Shown: positions 15,375 to 21,657 of the stretch, one piece after another
Layout of the letters: every line of letters starts with the position of its first letter
Position numbering within the stretch: position 1 is the stretch's first letter
NCBI GenBank assembly: GCA_005223125.1
Contig: NJBH01000048.1
Coordinates: 1-21,657, forward strand
Direction: 5' to 3'
Length of the DNA stretch: 21,657 bases
Origin: Promethearchaeota archaeon Loki_b32
GTDB lineage: Archaea > Asgardarchaeota > Lokiarchaeia > Sigyniarchaeales > SOKP01
Made by a program: the position numbers and the translations under genes
Notes under the pieces: generated by a model
Seen by the model: the letters and a program-made list of their open reading frames with translations, nothing else
Told to the model about the DNA's origin: nothing
Databases searched by the model: none

Positions 15375-17174
15375 TTACATATTCAGTGACCGAAGATTTT
15401 TTATCATTTTATATAAGTCGATTAATTTCTTAGAGACGATACTCCATCTAAAATTATTTTCTACTCTTTTATAACAGTTTTCTTTGATCTTATTGTAATA
15501 ACTCGGATCTAGTAATACTAAAGATTCAAGAATTTTATCAGGAATCTGATTAACTAACTGAAAATTTTCAGTTTCATATATTGCTTCCTTATCTTTTACC
15601 TTTTGACAAATTTCCTTTAATTTAAAAAGAGATATTAACGCCTCAGCAAATTGAGAGGGATTATTTTTATCAATCAAAATACCTGTACCTATTTCAGGAA
15701 AACTTCTAATATCTATTATAGATTCTTGAAAACCTCCAACTTTCGTTGCAATTACAGGTAATTTTGTCGACATTGCTTCTAAAGCGATAATGCCAAACGG
15801 TTCCCATCTCGACAATGCACAATAAACATCAGAAGAAATATGTGCGAGATGGAAAATATCCATAGCTACACCATAAATAATCCTTAAATTATTTGGATAT
15901 TTTTTAACAAAATGAGCATAATTTCGAATTTCATTTAAACTATAATCAGTAGGCAATATTAGGAATAAGAATTTGGCATTGGGGATTACTTCTATTACTT
16001 TAGGGATCCCATCAAAAATTGTTTCAAATCCTTTTTGTGGTGATATTCTTCCAGTAGTAATTACTAATGGACCTGATTCGTTGAAGGCTCTAATATATCC
16101 TCCTCTAATGAATTCATTACCATTTGAAATCTCATTAATTATATTCAATACTTTTTCTGAACGAATTAAGGGACTTTTATCTAAATTAGATAACTTATGA
16201 GTCAACAAATATTTCTTCATATCAGATATGGTTAAATTTTTATCTAAGGGTATTTGTAACACGTCCCTCATTTCATTTTCATGATTTTTTAACACTTGGT
16301 GGAAAATCTCATCATATTCCCAATCACATCCATCCCAGACAAAATTAGATTTGAATTCAATTAATTCATTACCACAATTTGGTATTATATCAGATTTTAA
16401 ATATGATTGACTTACAGTGGTCACCAAATCACTAACAAATGCACCTACCATTTCTATTGTAGGGTTTTGATATCCTTCGGTTATTTTTTTACAAGTAGTG
16501 AAAATTTCATTAAGAGTTAGTGCTTTAAGTCCCTCTTTTACATGGATAGTTATGGGTGTATGATCTATTCCACATGTTCTATAAAAATCAATAGGATATC
16601 TTGGCCATGTTAATAAATGGATAGTAATTAAAGAAGCTACATCTAACCCATTTTTAGCTAATATTTGTTTTATTCCTATGAATGGTATAACCGCATGATA
16701 ATCATGTATATGAATTATCTTTGGTAAGTCTTCTTTACGATTATCAATTAAAAAATCAACGTAACAACACATTCCTATACTAAAAAGGCTTATCTTTCCA
16801 CTAAGGGTATCTGGATTATAAACAATCTTATCATCAAGAAAATTATTAGTAAAAGGATTTTCCCCATGTAATACAATAATATTTACATTGTTGATTTTTA
16901 ATTTGTAAAAAGAAATATTATAGGTAGTTTCCGGTTCAAACATTCCAAACTGTGAAGAACTTATTTGTCCTACACAATTAAATGGTAGTTTTTCCAATTC
17001 GTGAGTTTTTTCAAGAATATGCAATTGACCATGTGAAGGAATAAAGACCGTGATTTCATAATCATTAGCTAGATGTTTTGCTTGATTTGCGGGTACTTCT
17101 CCAAGACCTCCTACTTTCACAATTCCCGCATATTCAAAAGTAAAAATCCAAATATTATCTTTGGCTTCTATCAA
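15375..17174 (-). CDS. glgA: Glycogen/starch synthase (GT-B glycosyltransferase)
   Basis: Motifs FEYAGIVKVGGLGEV (KxGGL), HIHDYH, TTVS, GRISPQKG and SRWEPFGIIALEAM. Confidence 0.88.
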   Translation of the reverse strand: MIEAKDNIWIFTFEYAGIVKVGGLGEVPANQAKHLANDYEITVFIPSHGQLHILEKTHELEKLPFNCVGQISSSQFGMFEPETTYNISFYKLKINNVNIIVLHGENPFTNNFLDDKIVYNPDTLSGKISLFSIGMCCYVDFLIDNRKEDLPKIIHIHDYHAVIPFIGIKQILAKNGLDVASLITIHLLTWPRYPIDFYRTCGIDHTPITIHVKEGLKALTLNEIFTTCKKITEGYQNPTIEMVGAFVSDLVTTVSQSYLKSDIIPNCGNELIEFKSNFVWDGCDWEYDEIFHQVLKNHENEMRDVLQIPLDKNLTISDMKKYLLTHKLSNLDKSPLIRSEKVLNIINEISNGNEFIRGGYIRAFNESGPLVITTGRISPQKGFETIFDGIPKVIEVIPNAKFLFLILPTDYSLNEIRNYAHFVKKYPNNLRIIYGVAMDIFHLAHISSDVYCALSRWEPFGIIALEAMSTKLPVIATKVGGFQESIIDIRSFPEIGTGILIDKNNPSQFAEALISLFKLKEICQKVKDKEAIYETENFQLVNQIPDKILESLVLLDPSYYNKIKENCYKRVENNFRWSIVSKKLIDLYKMIKNLRSLNM

Positions 17175-17421
17175 GTTAGTTCAATAATTATATCATGCAA
17201 TAAATTGTCTTAAATCCAAACATTAAGAATAATATCTAAAATAATTAAGTCTAATTCGTTAAAAAAAGAATTTTATTAAAACTTAATCAAAATTGGATTT
17301 GTTTGGTTCAAATACGACAAAAAGTAAATTTAATAATAATGTAATAATGGTAGTTGGTAATAAATCAAATAACGTACGAGTATGAACGAAATAATTAAAA
17401 GTAATAGTGGTGATAAATGAA

Positions 17422-17796
17422 ATGGTAGATATTGAAGTTATTGATACGGGAGCTTCCAGAGCAGGTCCTTATAGCCTAGGAATAAAAACAGGTAATCTTC
17501 TTTTTATTTCAGGACAAGTCACTACTCCAGATGCGAGAGATATAAAAGCTCAAACATTAGCGGCACTAGAAAAAATAAAGAATATTTTACAAGCAGCAGG
17601 AACAAGTGTATCAAACATAGTGAAAATAACTGTCTTTTTAAAAAATATATCCGATTTTAAAAAGATGAATCAAGCTTATAAAGAATTTTTTGAGCAAAAT
17701 GGTGTGTCAGAAAAATTTCCAGCAAGAAGTACAATCGAGGCGGTTTGTCCACTTCCATATGGATTAATTGAAATTGATGCTATAGCAGTAATATAG
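17422..17796 (+). CDS. ridA: RidA/YjgF/UK114 reactive imine deaminase
   Basis: Motifs GPYS, LFISGQ, KITVFL..ISDF..MN..Y, PARS (catalytic Arg) and IEIDAIA. GGTGA at 17409-17413 favours the ATG at 17422. Confidence 0.9.
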   Translation: MVDIEVIDTGASRAGPYSLGIKTGNLLFISGQVTTPDARDIKAQTLAALEKIKNILQAAGTSVSNIVKITVFLKNISDFKKMNQAYKEFFEQNGVSEKFPARSTIEAVCPLPYGLIEIDAIAVI

Positions 17797-17907
17797 TCCA
17801 AAACTTACGTAATTTTCTCTGTAACCTCTTTTCTTTATATTTTCTTCAGAAGATACTTTATATAGATAATAACATTTTCACTTTTATTAAGAATCATAAA
17901 ATTACTC

Positions 17908-19143
17908 ATGAGAATTATGCAGAATATGGAAAAGTTAATTATAGAAAAAATAGATGAAATGAGAGATGAAATAATCCTATTTCTTCAAAAATTAATTCAA
18001 ATACCTTCTGAAGTACCCCCAGGGAAATATAGAGAAATTTCTAAATTTGTTGCTTCAAAAATGAAAGAATTTGAAATAAATACGAAGGTAAAAAGAAATA
18101 ATATCATTGGGGAAATAGGTAATGAAAATGGACCATCTCTAATATTTAATGCTCATCTTGATACAGTTCCCACTTATGATGGCTGGACTATGGATCCTCA
18201 TGGAGGAGAAATTGTTGGGAACAAAATTTATGGTCGTGGTGCTGCTGATGATAAGGTATGTGTAGCCGCAGAAATTTTTGCTACTAAAGCTTTATTAGAT
18301 GCAGGAATAGATTTTAATGGAAAATTAATTATTACAGCTGTCATTAACGAGGAAATTGGCGGTTTATTAGGTACTGAATATATTGTAAAGGATGAAATTG
18401 TAAAAGGAGATGCTTGTTTATTAGGTGATGTTTGTTGTGATTATCCAGTTGCTTATCTAGGTGGAACCATGCAAATTAGTTTTATTATTAAAGGAATACG
18501 TCGCAATGCACAAGCTTATCCGGATTTACCTCCACCTAATCGTAATAATTATTCAGGAATAAACGCTATTGGAAAGATGGTGAAAATTATGAATTTCTTA
18601 ATGGATTTACAAGAAGAATTCAAACAAATGAAAACTAAATATCCTATCCCTCCTGATCTTCCATCGAAAGTAAGTTCAGTAAATTTTACAATGATAAATG
18701 GAGGCAATTCAGTAAACACAACTCCAGATTATTGTATTTTGCAATGCATAATTAGTGTCATTCCAGAAATGGATCTGGAGAATATTAAAGCGAGAATTTT
18801 TAATTTTGTAAAATCTCTTGAAAAAAAGGACCCAAACTTAAATATTACCACCCAAATAGGAGGTTATATAAAACCTCGAATAACAGAAACAAATTCTACT
18901 TTTGCAAAAGCAGTAAAAAATGCATTCAAGACTGTATTCGAAGAAGAAAGAGATTTTAAGACTTTTATACCAACTACTGATGCTCAATTATTTCAAGAAA
19001 AAGGTATAGAAACTATTTTAATTGGACCTCTTAGGGGAGAGAATAACCATCACGCTCAAGATGAGTTTGTCTACATAGAGGATGTAATAAATGTAACCAA
19101 AATCTATGCTTTAACCGCTTTGAATTATCTTAAAAAAAATTGA
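17908..19143 (+). CDS. M20 metallopeptidase (ArgE/DapE family)
   Basis: Motifs NAHLDTVP, YGRGAADDK, NEEIGG, INGG..VN..PD and HAQDEFV. A TATA-like TTTATATA lies at about 17858. Confidence 0.92.
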   Translation: MRIMQNMEKLIIEKIDEMRDEIILFLQKLIQIPSEVPPGKYREISKFVASKMKEFEINTKVKRNNIIGEIGNENGPSLIFNAHLDTVPTYDGWTMDPHGGEIVGNKIYGRGAADDKVCVAAEIFATKALLDAGIDFNGKLIITAVINEEIGGLLGTEYIVKDEIVKGDACLLGDVCCDYPVAYLGGTMQISFIIKGIRRNAQAYPDLPPPNRNNYSGINAIGKMVKIMNFLMDLQEEFKQMKTKYPIPPDLPSKVSSVNFTMINGGNSVNTTPDYCILQCIISVIPEMDLENIKARIFNFVKSLEKKDPNLNITTQIGGYIKPRITETNSTFAKAVKNAFKTVFEEERDFKTFIPTTDAQLFQEKGIETILIGPLRGENNHHAQDEFVYIEDVINVTKIYALTALNYLKKN

Positions 19144-19187
19144 TTACATAACTATTTATTCTATAGTTTTCATTAAAATGATGATTT

Positions 19188-20354
19188 ATGTGTGATACTC
19201 TAGTAGCCTTAGGGAATTCAACAGAAGATGGGAGTGTAGTTTTTGGGAAAAATTCGAATCGCCCATTTAATGAAGTTCAATTAATAACTTTTTCTCCTAA
19301 ATTAAAGTGTCTGAGAGGAGAAGAAGTAAAATGTACCTATATTTCAATTCCTCAAGTTTCTGAAACTGCAGCAGTTATATTAAGTCAACCATGGTGGATG
19401 TGGGGCGCAGAAATGGGGGCAAATGAATATGGTGTTGTTATCGGTAATGAAGCAGTCTATACACATGAACCATTAAGTAGCAAAGGATTATTAGGCATGG
19501 ATTTATTAAGGTTGGGACTTGAGAGAGGAAGAACAGCAAAAGACGCAATGGAGTCTATTCTTAACTTATTACAGAAATTTGGACAAGGGGGAGGTTGTGC
19601 TTATGATGATCCAAGTTGGATGTATCATAACTCGTTTATAATTGCAGATCCTAAAGAAGCTTATGTATTAGAAACTGCTGATAAGTGGTGGATAATTGAA
19701 AAAGTTAAGACTGTTAGATCAATTTCAAATGGTATAACAATTAGAGGGAAAGGAGACCTTAGAAAGAAAGGAATAATACAACATGCTATTGAAAAAGGAT
19801 ATTGTAAAAATGAAAACGATTTCGATTTTGCTGTAACCTTTTCAGGTTCTTCAATTTCTTCTATTCCTTCACCTTATTCAAGAGGAGGAAAAACTTCAAT
19901 TTTACTGAATGAGAATGTAGGTAAAATTACGTCAAAGTTAATGATGGAATTTCTGAGGGAACATCAAGCAGGAATTTGCATGCATGGAGATTTTGAGGCG
20001 ACAGGTTCTCAGGTTTCCCAATTAAGGAACGAAGGAAAATCAATTCACTGGTTTACAGGAACAACACTTCCATGTATCAGTATCTATAAACCTTATATTT
20101 TTCCTATTGAAGGCCAAAAATATTATAACCCTGGACCATATTCTATGATTGATTCTGATTGGTTTTGGCTAAAGCATGCAAGATCTAAACCTGTAAACAA
20201 AAAAATTGACCTTAAAAATATTGAGAATTCAATAATCTCAAGAGTAGATGATATTATAATTCAAGAAGACAAAATTACTAAAGAAAACTTCATGAATAAT
20301 ATAAAAATGCTCAATTTAGAAGCATGGAACAAATCCTATGAGATGATAAATTGA
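19188..20354 (+). CDS. Secernin-like peptidase (family C69, Ntn hydrolase)
   Basis: N-terminal MCDT nucleophile, FGKNSxR, LSQPWWMWGAEMGANEYGVVIGNEAV, GMDLLRLGLER and YHNSFIIAD. Confidence 0.92.
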   Translation: MCDTLVALGNSTEDGSVVFGKNSNRPFNEVQLITFSPKLKCLRGEEVKCTYISIPQVSETAAVILSQPWWMWGAEMGANEYGVVIGNEAVYTHEPLSSKGLLGMDLLRLGLERGRTAKDAMESILNLLQKFGQGGGCAYDDPSWMYHNSFIIADPKEAYVLETADKWWIIEKVKTVRSISNGITIRGKGDLRKKGIIQHAIEKGYCKNENDFDFAVTFSGSSISSIPSPYSRGGKTSILLNENVGKITSKLMMEFLREHQAGICMHGDFEATGSQVSQLRNEGKSIHWFTGTTLPCISIYKPYIFPIEGQKYYNPGPYSMIDSDWFWLKHARSKPVNKKIDLKNIENSIISRVDDIIIQEDKITKENFMNNIKMLNLEAWNKSYEMIN

Positions 20355-20361
20355 ATCTATT

Positions 20362-21657
20362 TTAATTAGTTTTATTTTTAATTTCTTTAAAGAGTTCTAA
20401 CATTTTTTTTTTTATAACGTATCCACATACGGGACTAAAACTAGCAAGTGGTTCATATCCACCTTCTTCAATATAATCTTTAGAAGGAAATAAGTATGAT
20501 ATCCAATCATTAGAATTTTGAAATATGAAGGAGTGCTTTCTTCCAGTAGGTGATTCACTAAGGAATAAGTCACCGTAATCCTCAAAAAGCTCCCCCGGTA
20601 CGGTCATAATACTAATTGATTTTGAATTCGATTCGTGTTTCAAATTGAACTTGATAAATTGTATTACAGTTCTTACATGCATTTTTAATTTTTTTCGCAT
20701 AATAGTAAAAGAAGGAAAGTTGGATTCTTCTAAAGTTATTTTTGCAACCTTCAGTAAAAGATATTTTTTAAGTGAATAAATTAGTTTGTTCCTGAACCAA
20801 GTTTTAGAGAAATATTTAAAATCTTTCATTGGAATCCAGAAGTAGTTTAAATAGAATTGAAATTCTAAATCATTATAATAATCTGTTTTAGGTATAGATC
20901 TTGTTAAATTTAATGCTTCTTCAGCAATAGTGTATCCTATTTTTTTTGTGTGATTGTATGTACCTAATTGATTATAGATCAATGATTTATCAAGGTCTAA
21001 TTGTTGATAATTTGTTCCACAGGTTGTAATAGGGGTTATGTCGCCAGCAGCACCATTAAAAAAAATCACCCCCACATTGTTATTGGTAAGCTGGGAAATT
21101 CTCTCTATAACTTTTCCAGGATAATCTGCTGATAGCTTGTTGTTTTGAAAAGATAATGTTGTTGGATGGCAAGAGTAATTAACAATAAATCCAATCAAGT
21201 TATTATTGTCTACATTAATGAAACTAATTACACCTAAATCTGGAATTGATTGTCGAGTTGGATGTCGTCTATTTATAACAATATCTGGATTAATCTTTTT
21301 TTTCGCCCATGCAATTTTACATGGTATTAAATTTTTAATTAAATCTTCAACCATTTTAATAATTTGCTGAACAAACCAGACAATATAAATATCACTTCTA
21401 TTTCTCCCAAACATTATTCCCTTCATTACATTTAACAAACCTCCAGGCCAATAAAATTCACCAGTGAGATCAGGGGCAGAATGAGTATGAGTAGAATGAA
21501 TTAATATTTGTTTGGGATCTAAAAATCGAAATTTTTCTTTAATTTTTCTTTTGATATAATCACATATAGATACGGGGATTTTCAATAAATCTAATGAAAT
21601 AAATAAGCACTGATCTCTTTCTAATTCTCTTTCTTCATTTGTAATTAAAACTCCGTA
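20362..21657 (-). CDS. Neutral/alkaline ceramidase-family Zn hydrolase (5' truncated by window edge)
   Basis: Motifs STHTHSAP, NYSCHPT, SADYPG, FFNGAAGDI, PGELF and GGYE. The frame stays open from 21585 to the window end (YGVLIT...LFISLDLL). Confidence 0.85.
   Translation of the reverse strand, partial: YGVLITNEERELERDQCLFISLDLLKIPVSICDYIKRKIKEKFRFLDPKQILIHSTHTHSAPDLTGEFYWPGGLLNVMKGIMFGRNRSDIYIVWFVQQIIKMVEDLIKNLIPCKIAWAKKKINPDIVINRRHPTRQSIPDLGVISFINVDNNNLIGFIVNYSCHPTTLSFQNNKLSADYPGKVIERISQLTNNNVGVIFFNGAAGDITPITTCGTNYQQLDLDKSLIYNQLGTYNHTKKIGYTIAEEALNLTRSIPKTDYYNDLEFQFYLNYFWIPMKDFKYFSKTWFRNKLIYSLKKYLLLKVAKITLEESNFPSFTIMRKKLKMHVRTVIQFIKFNLKHESNSKSISIMTVPGELFEDYGDLFLSESPTGRKHSFIFQNSNDWISYLFPSKDYIEEGGYEPLASFSPVCGYVIKKKMLELFKEIKNKTN

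Noticed and set aside
15973-16200. 75-aa plus-strand ORF
   Set aside because: Antisense to glycogen synthase.
17330-17410. Repeated TAATAAT/GTAATA words upstream of ridA
   Set aside because: Low-complexity AT sequence with irregular spacing; not a CRISPR or tandem array.
1-21657. tRNA, rRNA, CRISPR array, transposase or integrase
   Set aside because: None seen by eye. The intergenic gaps are short and lack GC-rich structured segments or regular repeats.

Overview
AT-rich, densely coding archaeal chromosome segment, most consistent with an Asgard archaeon (Lokiarchaeia/Promethearchaeia-like). This assignment is inferred from the gene mix: a eukaryote-type presenilin C-terminus, a Rab/Ras-like small GTPase without a prenylation tail, an FrhB-like protein, an XPD/Rad3 helicase, TATA-type promoters and frequent TTG/GTG starts. 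The window holds, in order: presenilin (partial), 3-hydroxyacyl-CoA dehydrogenase, three small hypothetical genes (one wHTH-like), an orphan internally shortened FrhB-like Fe-S protein with a perfect 20-bp palindrome upstream, a small GTPase and a membrane protein, the glycine cleavage operon gcvT-H-PA-PB, an enoyl-CoA hydratase, an XPD-like helicase, two tandem MFS paralogs downstream of a glycogen synthase, RidA, an M20 peptidase, a secernin-like C69 peptidase and a ceramidase-family hydrolase (partial). I saw no RNA genes, CRISPR arrays or mobile elements. Main items not in the ORF track: (1) a 26-codon ORF homologous to the MFS N-terminus that bridges glgA and the MFS pair with apparent translational coupling; (2) the helicase's real N-terminus (Q motif and Walker A) lies upstream of its first canonical start codon, implying an ATA start or a +1 shift; (3) the palindromic operator and the remodelled FrhB. 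I found no clearly complete new multi-gene system, and all motif comparisons are from recalled family consensus rather than searches.
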